NCBI GenBank assembly: GCA_037355265.1
Contig: JBBCIB010000001.1
Location: 151,839 to 215,838, forward strand
Source of the DNA: Rhizomicrobium sp.
GTDB lineage: Bacteria; Pseudomonadota; Alphaproteobacteria; Micropepsales; Micropepsaceae
Reading direction: 5' to 3'
Length of the DNA: 64,000 nt
In this document: one piece after another, positions 47,237 to 56,037 of the stretch
Layout of the letters: the number at the start of each line of letters is the position of its first letter
Position numbering within the stretch: position 1 is the first letter of the stretch
Program-made: the position numbers and the translations under genes
The notes under the pieces: generated by a model
What the model was told of the DNA's origin: nothing
The model's database searches: none
Seen by the model: the letters and a program-made list of their open reading frames with translations, nothing else

Positions 47237-47296
47237 TGTCAGGGCCTACTTGACAAACCCGTCAAGCTCAGCTTGACTGTCAGGGTGAACTTGACA
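47237..47296. promoter_or_regulatory. Three tandem 19-bp palindromic boxes (GTCArG-N5-CTTGAC)
   Basis: TGTCAGGGCCTACTTGACA, CGTCAAGCTCAGCTTGACT and TGTCAGGGTGAACTTGACA. Confidence 0.7.
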
Positions 47297-47306
47297 TGAG
47301 ATCGTC

Positions 47307-47693
47307 ATGATTGCCCTGCCCGCCGGCGATGCCAAGGGCCATCCGCCCGGCACCCTGTACTGCTCGTTCTGCGGCAAGTCGCAGCACGACGTGAAGAAGC
47401 TTGTCGCCGGACCGGCGGTGTTCATCTGCAATGAATGCATCGGCCTCTGCGCCAAGATCGTCGCCGAGACGCCCGATCCCGATCCGGCGGCGCCGTCGAA
47501 GCTGGCCTGGCCGTCGGACGTGCCGACGCAGAACCTGCTGGGCCTGCTGCGGGCGCAGGAAAAGACGCATGAGGAGGTCGCGGCGCGCCTGCAGCACTCC
47601 ATCGAGATCCTGCGCAAGCGCGAAGTGAGCTGGCAGCAGATCGGCGAGGCGCTGGGCATCTCCCGCCAGGCGGCGTGGGAGCGGTTTTCCTGA
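47307..47693 (+). CDS. ClpX-type C4 zinc finger plus C-terminal HTH protein
   Basis: [27 protein letters not shown]; [20 protein letters not shown]. Confidence 0.88.
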   Translation: MIALPAGDAKGHPPGTLYCSFCGKSQHDVKKLVAGPAVFICNECIGLCAKIVAETPDPDPAAPSKLAWPSDVPTQNLLGLLRAQEKTHEEVAARLQHSIEILRKREVSWQQIGEALGISRQAAWERFS

Positions 47694-47784
47694 CGCGCCG
47701 GCGCAGGCGGAACAAACGCGCCGCCTTCACGTTTTCGCTACGCGGCCCCATCATTCTGGGCCCGATTTTCAAGGGAGATATACG

Positions 47785-48210
47785 ATGATGACATTGCAGG
47801 GCGCAGCCGTGGTGATGATGGCCGCCGCGATGACGGCGCCGACCTTGCCGCAGCCGATGGCGATGGACACGCCGGTGTCTTCGAACGGCATCGAGACGGT
47901 CTGCACCGGCGTCGGCTCGGCCAAGGACGATTCGCAATGGGCGGCCTATCCGGTCCGCATCGAGTTCTCCAACGGCGGGGCGCAGTACCTCTCGGGCGCG
48001 CATGTCATCTTGAGCAATGGCGGCAAGCCGATCGCCGATTTGAACTGCGCCGGCCCCTGGGTGCTGGTGAAGGGCGCGCCGGGTACCTATCATCTCACCG
48101 CGTCGATCAACGGCTCGCAAGCCAAGCCTGTCGATACCAGCTTCAAGCTCGGCACCGGTCCGCAGCAGCGCGTGGTGCTGCGCTTCCCCGACTTCCAGGC
48201 GAACGAATAG
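47785..48210 (+). CDS. Exported beta-rich hypothetical protein
   Basis: Signal peptide; CTGVG, YPVRIEF, C.GPWVL..PG.Y. Confidence 0.7.
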   Translation: MMTLQGAAVVMMAAAMTAPTLPQPMAMDTPVSSNGIETVCTGVGSAKDDSQWAAYPVRIEFSNGGAQYLSGAHVILSNGGKPIADLNCAGPWVLVKGAPGTYHLTASINGSQAKPVDTSFKLGTGPQQRVVLRFPDFQANE

Positions 48211-48630
48211 TCAGAAGGCGATTTCGCGCACGACGCCGTCGGCGCGGTTGAAATCGCTGAAGCGGATCCAGCGCGGGCGCACGCGGAACCAGGTGATGCC
48301 GGGCCAGCTTTCGCGGCACGGCCCATCGGGCCAGGCGGCGAAATAGACCTTCTTCAGCGCCGCCAACGCCTCGCCTTCCGGCTCGTCCGCGACGCCCTCA
48401 TACTGGACGCTCTGCTCGTTGTCCCAGCCGATGACGAGCGCGATGCGCGGATCGCGGCGCAGATTGGCCGCCTTGCGCGTCGCCGCCATTGTGTCGAAAC
48501 AGATCTCCAGCGCGGGCGTCACCGCGATGCCCACCAGCGCCGCCTGCGGCGCACCGCCGGCATCGGCACTGGAAACGACGCCATATCTGCGGCGCCGGAT
48601 GAAATCGTAGAGTTCGTCCGCCAGCGCCAT
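48211..48630 (-). CDS. Pyridoxamine 5'-phosphate oxidase-like FMN-binding protein
   Basis: PQAALVG, TRKAANLRRDPRIAL, VQYEG. Confidence 0.85.
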   Translation of the reverse strand: MALADELYDFIRRRRYGVVSSADAGGAPQAALVGIAVTPALEICFDTMAATRKAANLRRDPRIALVIGWDNEQSVQYEGVADEPEGEALAALKKVYFAAWPDGPCRESWPGITWFRVRPRWIRFSDFNRADGVVREIAF

Positions 48631-50102
48631 TACACCATGACCTGCTCGGAGACCTCTTCCTCCTCTTCCTCGGCCTCGCTGCCGATGATGCGGCGCTTCT
48701 TCCAGTCGCCGCGCGAGAACCACAGAAAGCTCACCACCGCGGTCGCGACATTCGCCACGGGGAAAGCCCACCAGATGCCGTGCGCGCCGAGATGCGCGCG
48801 ATGCGACAGCACATAGGCCAGCGGGAAGGTCAGCATCCATTGCGACACCAGGCTGATCACCATGGCCGCGAACATGTTGCCCGACGCGCGCAGCACGCCC
48901 ATCAGCGCGAACTGCACGCCGATGAAGCCGAAGCTCCACGAGATGGTGCGGATGAAGACGCTGGCCTCGTGCACGACCGCCTTGTCGTTCGGCACGAAGA
49001 ACGCCGCGATATGGTTGGCGAAGACGAAGGCGAACGCGCCGAAGGCGGTGAGCACGCCGAAGGTGATCAGCGCCGCCAGCCGCGCCACCGCCTCGGCCCG
49101 CTTGATGTTGCCGGCGCCGATGTTCTGCCCCACCAGGGTCGAGATCGCCATCGAGAACCCCATCGCCGGGATGACGACGAATTGCAGCACATTGCCGCCG
49201 ACGCCATAGGCCGCGGTCGTCACCGTGCCGAAGCTGGTGATCAGGAACATCATCACCGTGACGCCCAGGCCGCGGGCCGAGCCCTCGATCGCCGCGGGAT
49301 AGCCGAGATTGAAGGCACGCCGGATGAAGGCGAAGTCGGGCCGCAGGCTTTCGATCCTGAGCCGGATGCCGTAGCGCCCCTGCATCAGCAGGACGATCGC
49401 CGCCACGGCGGAGAGGAACTGACTGACCATGGTCGCCAGCGCCGCGCCCATCACGCCCCAGCCCAGGACGAAAATGAAGACCGGGTCGAGCGCGAAATTG
49501 ACGAACACCGTGCCTGCGATGATGTAGAGCGGCACCGTCACCTGCCCCACGCCGCGCATCTGCGACTGGAAGCAGAAATAGGCGAAGGCGAGCGGCAGAC
49601 TCAGGAGCTGCACCCGCAGGAAGCCGAGCGCGTTGCGGTAGACCTCCGGCGCGACCTCCATCAGTTCGAGCAGATAGGGCGCGATGACGAAACCCAGCAG
49701 TCCCAGGACCAGCGATACCGCCACGACCGTCAGCATGGTCTGCCCCGCGACGTGGTCGACCATGGCGCGGTTGCGCGCCCCGACATATTGCGCGATCAGG
49801 GTCGAGCCCGCGATGGTGAAGCCCATGCCGATGGACATCATCAGGAACATCAGCGGCATCGACACCGACACCGCCGCGACGGCCGACGCGCCCAGCCGCC
49901 CGACCCAGAACGCGTCCACCAGCTGATAGGCGATCTGCAGGATATTGCCGCCCATGATCGGGAAGGCGAGCAGGAACAGCGAGCGCGGGATCGGGCCTTC
50001 CAGCAGGCGCGGGTCGAACGCGCGGCCGCCGAAGCCGCGTTCCCGCCCGGCGGGCGGCAAACCATCCGCTTCCGTCGGCACCTGGTCCTTGTCTGGAGTC
50101 AT
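48630..50102 (-). CDS. MATE-family efflux transporter
   Basis: YQLVDAFWVG.LG, NFALDPVFI..GVMGAALAT, GQNIGAG; about 12 TM segments. Confidence 0.92.
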   Translation of the reverse strand: MTPDKDQVPTEADGLPPAGRERGFGGRAFDPRLLEGPIPRSLFLLAFPIMGGNILQIAYQLVDAFWVGRLGASAVAAVSVSMPLMFLMMSIGMGFTIAGSTLIAQYVGARNRAMVDHVAGQTMLTVVAVSLVLGLLGFVIAPYLLELMEVAPEVYRNALGFLRVQLLSLPLAFAYFCFQSQMRGVGQVTVPLYIIAGTVFVNFALDPVFIFVLGWGVMGAALATMVSQFLSAVAAIVLLMQGRYGIRLRIESLRPDFAFIRRAFNLGYPAAIEGSARGLGVTVMMFLITSFGTVTTAAYGVGGNVLQFVVIPAMGFSMAISTLVGQNIGAGNIKRAEAVARLAALITFGVLTAFGAFAFVFANHIAAFFVPNDKAVVHEASVFIRTISWSFGFIGVQFALMGVLRASGNMFAAMVISLVSQWMLTFPLAYVLSHRAHLGAHGIWWAFPVANVATAVVSFLWFSRGDWKKRRIIGSEAEEEEEEVSEQVMV

Positions 50103-50184
50103 GGTCTCATTTTCCGGCAAGCGCGGGGCCTTTGGCAAATCCGCCGTCTGGCTATAATCGATCCGCCATCCTTTCGAGCCCGCC

Positions 50185-50526
50185 ATGCGTCCCCTTTTCC
50201 TGTTCGCCGCCGCCTTCTGCCTCGCCGCCGCGCCCGCCGGCGCCGAAAACTGGCTCCATACGCGCGATAATGGCGGCGGCCTGCCGATGTGCTTCGACAA
50301 GGACAGCGTGGCGCTGGCCGCCGATGGGTTGACGCATTACGCGGTCAAGATGTGCAAGGACACGACGCCGCAATTCTACGCGGTGGATTGCAGCAAGAAC
50401 TTCAAGGTCGAGCTGGTGGTGCGGGTCTACGACATCGGCTCGACCGACCGCTACCGCGAGATGACCGTCGACTATCCGGATTCCGGCATGGCGCTGGACG
50501 CCGACATGGCCTGCCACAAATCTTGA
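50185..50526 (+). CDS. Exported hypothetical protein (4 Cys)
   Basis: Signal peptide ending AGA; good codon bias. Confidence 0.7.
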   Translation: MRPLFLFAAAFCLAAAPAGAENWLHTRDNGGGLPMCFDKDSVALAADGLTHYAVKMCKDTTPQFYAVDCSKNFKVELVVRVYDIGSTDRYREMTVDYPDSGMALDADMACHKS

Positions 50527-50529
50527 GAA

Positions 50530-50778
50530 TCAGGCCTTGGCGGGCTTCTTGCGGACCGGCGCGGTCTTTTTCGCCGGCTGCTCCGCCGCCAGCTTCATCG
50601 CCGCCGCGGCGTCGGCTGCCTCCTTGGCGAGGCGCAGGGCGCGCAGTTTCTGCGTCCGGGCCTCGAAAGCATGGCGCTCGGCTTCGAGTTCCTTCTTGAC
50701 CAGCGCGTCGCGCGCTTCGGATGCGGTGAAGCCGGTCGTGTTCCTGCGGCGGGCAATGTCCTTGAGCGGGTCTGCCAT
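50530..50778 (-). CDS. Small basic coiled-coil protein (paralog of 23667..23921)
   Basis: RTQKLRALRLAKEAAD; Lys-rich tail. Confidence 0.75.
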   Translation of the reverse strand: MADPLKDIARRRNTTGFTASEARDALVKKELEAERHAFEARTQKLRALRLAKEAADAAAAMKLAAEQPAKKTAPVRKKPAKA

Positions 50779-51044
50779 GCCGGGCTCCTCTCCAGCGGGC
50801 CTCTGGCGTCATCATAGCGCCAAAAAGCGCCCGGCGGGGGCACTTTCTGGCGGCCGCGGCGCGATTCGGGTCGCCCGGCTCTGAGACCCGCCGGCGGTCC
50901 GGGCACCCCTATTTCTTCGCTTGTGTCGCAAAGCATCGCCCTTTGGCGTCCCGGCCGCAATGAAACCGCGAAGATGAACGCGCCGACATGGCTGCCGTTC
51001 ATCCGCCGGGGATCAGCATGACATCACCTCAACAGGAGTTCGTC

Positions 51045-51239
51045 ATGTCCAAGTCCAAGCTTTTGAAGACCACCGTCCTCGCCGCGCTGATCGGCCTGGC
51101 CGGCGCCGCCGCCGTCACCCCCGCCAGCGCGCATGGTTTCGACCGTGGCGGCCGCCACGAGCATAGCGGCTGGCGCGGCCACGACCGCCATGATTTCGGC
51201 TGGCGCCATCATCACCGCCACTTCCACGGCTGGTACTGA
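51045..51239 (+). CDS. Small exported His/Arg/Gly-rich peptide
   Basis: AGGAG RBS; signal peptide ending ASA; mature HGFDRGGRHEH...HHHRHFHGWY. Confidence 0.7.
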   Translation: MSKSKLLKTTVLAALIGLAGAAAVTPASAHGFDRGGRHEHSGWRGHDRHDFGWRHHHRHFHGWY

Positions 51240-51260
51240 TCCTGCCGCCAAGCAGGCGAG

Positions 51261-51294
51261 ACGGGCGCGCAGCGATGCGCGCCCGTTTCCGTTT
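51261..51294 (+). terminator. Intrinsic terminator
   Basis: ACGGGCGCGCA/TGCGCGCCCGT stem followed by TTCCGTTT. Confidence 0.65.
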
Positions 51295-51339
51295 GCCCTT
51301 GCGGAGCGCTAGGCTGAGCGCCGTTTCGAGGGGGACGCC

Positions 51340-51795
51340 ATGATCCGCCAGCTGATCTTCGCCGCCATTCTCGCGCTGGGCGCGACGCCGGCCGCCGCCG
51401 CCGCCGAGGCGGACGACATCGTCGCCGCCGTTAATGCCTATAACGACGCGCTGAACAAGAACGACGTTCCCGGTGCGGCAGGCTTCTATGCGCCGTCGCC
51501 CGCCATCATCGACGAATTCACGCCGCATGTCTGGACCGGCGCAGCAGCGTTCCAGCAATGGGGCGCGGATTACGGCACCTATGCCGCGGCGCAGGCGATG
51601 AGCGAGCCGTCGATGGTGCTGGCGCCGCCGCTGCAGGTGCGCGCCGAAGCCGATCGCGGCTATGCCGTGTTCCCCGCCACCTTCAATTTCAAGCGCAAGG
51701 GCGCGCCGGACCACGAGGATGGCCTGATGACCTTCGCGATGCAGAAGATCGGCGGCGCGTGGAAGATCGCCGGCTGGAGCTGGAGCCTGAAATAG
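51340..51795 (+). CDS. Exported NTF2-like (SnoaL/DUF4440) protein
   Basis: Signal peptide; IIDEF.PH.W.G, TFAMQK..WKI..W. Confidence 0.8.
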   Translation: MIRQLIFAAILALGATPAAAAAEADDIVAAVNAYNDALNKNDVPGAAGFYAPSPAIIDEFTPHVWTGAAAFQQWGADYGTYAAAQAMSEPSMVLAPPLQVRAEADRGYAVFPATFNFKRKGAPDHEDGLMTFAMQKIGGAWKIAGWSWSLK

Positions 51796-51854
51796 GCACT
51801 GGGCCTTCGCGGTGGCGAACCTCGCCTACCAGGTTTCCTTCGCGACGCGGATGT

Positions 51855-52121
51855 TCATGACGCTGGATTAGGCGGCGCGATCTTCGCCTCCAGCGCCGCG
51901 ATGCGGAGCGCCAGCGCCTCGTTCTCGGCGCGCGCCTTGGCGGCCATCGCCTTGACCGCCTCGAACTCCTCGCGCGGCACGAAATCCATGTCGGCGACCA
52001 GCCGCTCGAGGCGCTGGCGCACGAAAGTATCGACCTCGTCGCGCACGCTTTTGGCGGCGCCGGCGGCGTCGGTAAAGATGCGAGCCATGCCGTCGAGGAA
52101 CGGGTTGTCGGTCTGGGCCAT
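51855..52121 (-). CDS. Accessory factor UbiK family (BMFP)
   Basis: MDFVPREEFEAVKAMA.KAR.EN; divergent from lgt. Confidence 0.88.
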   Translation of the reverse strand: MAQTDNPFLDGMARIFTDAAGAAKSVRDEVDTFVRQRLERLVADMDFVPREEFEAVKAMAAKARAENEALALRIAALEAKIAPPNPAS

Positions 52122-52214
52122 TGGCGCCTCCTGTGGACCTTATATGGCGGGCGGCCCGCCGCCGTACAAGCGCCGCGCTTGACAGAACCGGGCGAAGCAG
52201 ACGTGGTTCCGCCC

Positions 52215-53114
52215 ATGCTCGCAGGCCTGCTGCCCTTTCCGCAAATCGACCCGGTCCTGATCCATCTGGGGCCGCTGTCGATCCGCTGGTATGCCCTGTC
52301 CTATATCGCGGGGCTGATCTTCGGCTGGTGGGCGGCGGCGCGGATGACGCGCGAGCGGGCGCTGTGGCGGAACCCGACCTTCGGCAACAAGCCGCCGATC
52401 ACCGCCGAGCAGGTGGGCGATCTTCTGGTCTGGGCGACGCTGGGCGTGATCCTGGGCGGGCGGATCGGCTGGATCCTGTTCTACGGCATCGCGCTGTGCG
52501 CGGTATCGCCGGAATCGGCGATGTGCACCGGGATCGGCGGCGGCCCGCCGCTGCCGCAGGGCTTCCTGGACAATCCGCTGCGCCTGGTCTCGATCTGGGA
52601 AGGCGGCATGTCCTTCCATGGCGGCCTGATCGGCGTGGCGCTGGCGATCTGGTTGTTCTGCCGCCGCAACAAGCTGCAGCTGCTGCCGGTCGCCGACATG
52701 ATCGCGGTGGTGACGCCGATCGGGCTTCTGTTCGGACGGCTGGCCAATTTCATCAATGGCGAGCTGTGGGGCAAGCCGAGCGACGTGCCCTGGGCGATGG
52801 TCTTTCCGCGCGGCGGACCGGTGCCGCGCCATCCCAGCCAGCTCTATGAGGCGTTCCTCGAAGGCATCGTGCTGTTCATCATCCTCCAGGTCGGATTGCG
52901 CCGCTTCAAGCTGAACGAGCGGCCGGGACTGCTGACCGGCCTGTTCTTCCTCGGCTATGGCGCGTTCCGCTTCTTCGTGGAGTTCTTTCGCGAGCCGGAT
53001 GGGCCGTTCCTCGGCTGGTTCTCGATGGGGATGGCGCTCTCGGTCCCGCTCTGGGCGGCGGCCGGCGCGTTTCTCTGGGTGTCGCTGCGCCCGTATCGCA
53101 ACGGGCGGGCGTGA
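52215..53114 (+). CDS. lgt: Prolipoprotein diacylglyceryl transferase
   Basis: IRWYAL, GGMSFHGG, GRLANFINGELWG, HPSQLYE. Confidence 0.96.
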   Translation: MLAGLLPFPQIDPVLIHLGPLSIRWYALSYIAGLIFGWWAAARMTRERALWRNPTFGNKPPITAEQVGDLLVWATLGVILGGRIGWILFYGIALCAVSPESAMCTGIGGGPPLPQGFLDNPLRLVSIWEGGMSFHGGLIGVALAIWLFCRRNKLQLLPVADMIAVVTPIGLLFGRLANFINGELWGKPSDVPWAMVFPRGGPVPRHPSQLYEAFLEGIVLFIILQVGLRRFKLNERPGLLTGLFFLGYGAFRFFVEFFREPDGPFLGWFSMGMALSVPLWAAAGAFLWVSLRPYRNGRA

Positions 53115-54174
53115 CTACGCTCGCCGCCCGCATCGCGGCGCTGATCGGCGCCGAGGGACCGATCTCCGTCGCGCAGTACATGACGCTGGCCCTGCTCGAT
53201 CCGGCCTTCGGCTATTACGCGACGCGCGATCCGCTGGGCGCGCAAGGCGACTTCCTCACCGCGCCGGAGACCAGCCAGATGTTCGGCGAGCTGGTCGGGC
53301 TGTGGCTGGCGCAGGCCTGGCTCGACCAGGGCAAGCCGGCACGACCGGCGCTGGTGGAACTCGGCCCGGGCCACGGCACGCTGATGGCGGACGCGCTGCG
53401 CGCCCTCAAGCTGGTGCCGGACTTCCGCGCGGCGCTGGAAGTGGTGCTGGTCGAGGCCAGCCCGGTCCTGGCGGCGCAGCAGCGCGAAAGCCTGAGCGGC
53501 ACGGACGTTCCGATCCGGTGGGCGGCGAGCCTGACCGATGTTCCGGCGGACCGGCCGCTGTTCCTGGTCGCCAATGAGTTCTTCGACGCGCTGCCGATCC
53601 GGCAATATGTGAAGACGCCACGCGGCTGGTGCGAGCGGATGGTGACGTTGGATGCCTCCGGCGCGTGGCCTTCGCGCTGTCGCCGGTGGCACTTCCCGTT
53701 GCACCAGGCGGTCGCGCGGACGCGCCGGAGGGCGGCGTCTATGAGACGTCGCCGGGCGGCGAAGCGCTGGCCGAGAAGATTGCGAGCCGGATCGCGGCGC
53801 GCGGCGGCGGCGCGCTGATCGTCGATTATGGCTACGACACGCCCGGCTTCGGCGAGACGCTGCAGGCGTTGAAGGCCCACGCCTTCGCCGACGTGCTGGC
53901 GGCGCCGGGCGAGGCCGATCTGTCGGCGCATGTCGATTTCGCGGCGCTGGGCAACGCGGCGCGGCACGGCGGCGCGGCGGTATACGGCCCGGTGGAGCAA
54001 GGCGCGCTGCTGACCGCACTGGGGATCGTGCAACGGGCGGAGCGCCTGCGCCACAACCAGCCGGAGCAGGTGGCGCGGCAACTGGACAGGCTGATCCATC
54101 CGGCGCAGATGGGCCGTCTGTTCAAGGCCATCGCCGTCGTGCCGAACGGCGCGCCGACACCGCCGGGATTCTGA
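53111..54174 (+). CDS. MidA/NDUFAF7-family SAM-dependent methyltransferase; frameshift near 53665
   Basis: GDFLTAPE.SQMFGE, ELGPG.GTL, ANEFFDALP; continuation IVDYG, DLSAHVDF, MGRLFK in another frame. Confidence 0.9.
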
Positions 54175-54177
54175 GAG

Positions 54178-54935
54178 ATGCTGATCCTCCACGCCGACAC
54201 GCTGACATCGCCCAGCATCGCGCACGGCTTTTTCGGGCGCACCGGCGGCGCGTCGGGCGGCCTCTATGCCTCGCTCAATTGCGGGCCGGGATCGGGCGAC
54301 AACCCGGCCCATGTCGCGGAGAACCGCCGGCGCGTGCGCGAAGCGCTCGGCGCCGTGTCGCTCAACACGCTCTACCAGATCCACAGTCCCCAAGTTGCGA
54401 TCGTGACGCAGGCATGGGAGCGCGGCCCGCAGGCCGATGGCATGGCGACGGCGACACCTGGCATCGCGCTGGGGGATACTAACTGCCGATTGCGCGCCGG
54501 TGCTGTTCGCGGATTCGGCGGCGGGCGTGATCGGCGCGGCCCATGCCGGCTGGCGTGGCGCCTTCGGGGGCGTGCTGGAAGCGACGCTGGCCGCAATGGA
54601 GACGCTGGGCGCCCGCCACGGACACATCGCCGCGGCGATCGGACCCTGCATCGCGCAAGAGAACTACGAAGTCGGCCCCGAATTCCGCGCCCGCTTCGTG
54701 GCCGCCGACGCCGACAACGCGCGCTTTTTCGTGCCCAGCACCAGAATGGAACACCATCGCTTCGACCTCGAAGCTTATGTCGCGGCCCGGCTGGCGCGCG
54801 CGGCCGTGGACAGAATCGCGCGCCTGCATGCCTGCACCTATGCGCGCGCTGCCGATTTTTTCAGCTACCGCCGCGCGACCCACCGTGGGCGAGAAAGACT
54901 ACGGCCGCGAAATTTCCGCCATCGTGCTGCGCTGA
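54178..54935 (+). CDS. pgeF: Peptidoglycan editing factor PgeF (YfiH); frameshifts near 54475 and 54887
   Basis: [35 protein letters not shown] spread across frames. Confidence 0.9.
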
Positions 54936-55002
54936 GGCTTCCCGCGCCCGGGCGCGCTTGCTACAAGCCCGTCATCAAACCATCGCAAACGGGACAGCTT
55001 TC

Positions 55003-55962
55003 ATGACCGACGACGGATCGCGGGGAATGAAGCTGCTCGCGGGCAATTCCAACCGCGAATTGTCCGAGGCCATCGCCCGCTACATCAAGCTGCCGCTGAC
55101 CAAGGCCGTGGTGCGGCGCTTCGCGGACATGGAAGTGTATGTGGAAATCCAGGAGAATGTGCGCGGCGAGGACATCTTCGTCGTCCAGTCGACCAGCTAT
55201 CCCGCCAACGACAATCTGATGGAATTGCTGATCGTCATCGACGCGCTGCGCCGCGCCTCGGCAAGGCGCATCACCGCGGTGCTGCCCTATTTCGGCTATG
55301 CCAGGCAGGACCGCAAGATGGGGCCGCGCACGCCGATCTCCGCCAAGCTGGTGGCCAATCTGATCACCGAGGCGGGCGCCAACCGCGTGCTCACCGTCGA
55401 CCTCCACGCCGGGCAGATCCAGGGCTTCTTCGACATCCCGACCGACAACCTGTTCGCCATGCGGCGATGGTGAAGGACATCGAGGACTATCTGGGCGCCG
55501 GCGACCACCTGATGGTGGTGTCGCCCGATGTCGGCGGCGTGGTGCGCGCCCGCGCCCTGGCCAAGCGGCTGGGAACCGACCTCGCCATCGTCGACAAGCG
55601 CCGCGAGCGCGCCGGCGAGAGCGAGGGTGATGAACATCATCGGCGACGTCGAGGGGCGCAGCTGCATCCTGATCGACGACATCGTCGATTCCGGCGGCAC
55701 GATCTGCAACGCCGCCGAGGCGCTGCTCAAGAACGGCGCCAAGGACGTCTGTGCCTATGCCACCCATGGCGTGTTCTCGGGCGGCGCGGTGGCGCGCATC
55801 GCGGGCTCCAAGCTCAAATCCATGGTGGTGACCGATTCCATCGCCGCCACCGACGATCAGCGCAAATGCCCCAACATCAGGCGCATCTCGATCGCGCCGC
55901 TGATCGGCGAGGCGATCAAGCGCATCAACCACGAAGAGAGCGTGTCGAGCCTGTTCGACTGA
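55003..55962 (+). CDS. prs: Ribose-phosphate pyrophosphokinase; frameshifts near 55462 and 55628
   Basis: [42 protein letters not shown]. Confidence 0.93.
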
Positions 55963-56037
55963 CATCTCGCGACGCCAACTGTCGCGGCACTGTCACATGC
56001 GCTTCCTACACAGGCCGCCGGCCAGTGAGGGAAGATC

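Noticed and set aside
47237-47296. Short repeats as a CRISPR-like array
   Set aside because: Only three 19-bp palindromes with 0-4 bp gaps, no spacers and no cas genes; better explained as operators.
54178-55473. Apparent PgeF-Prs fusion ORF
   Set aside because: Result of indels in pgeF; the middle of the ORF is out-of-frame nonsense while PgeF motifs continue in other frames.
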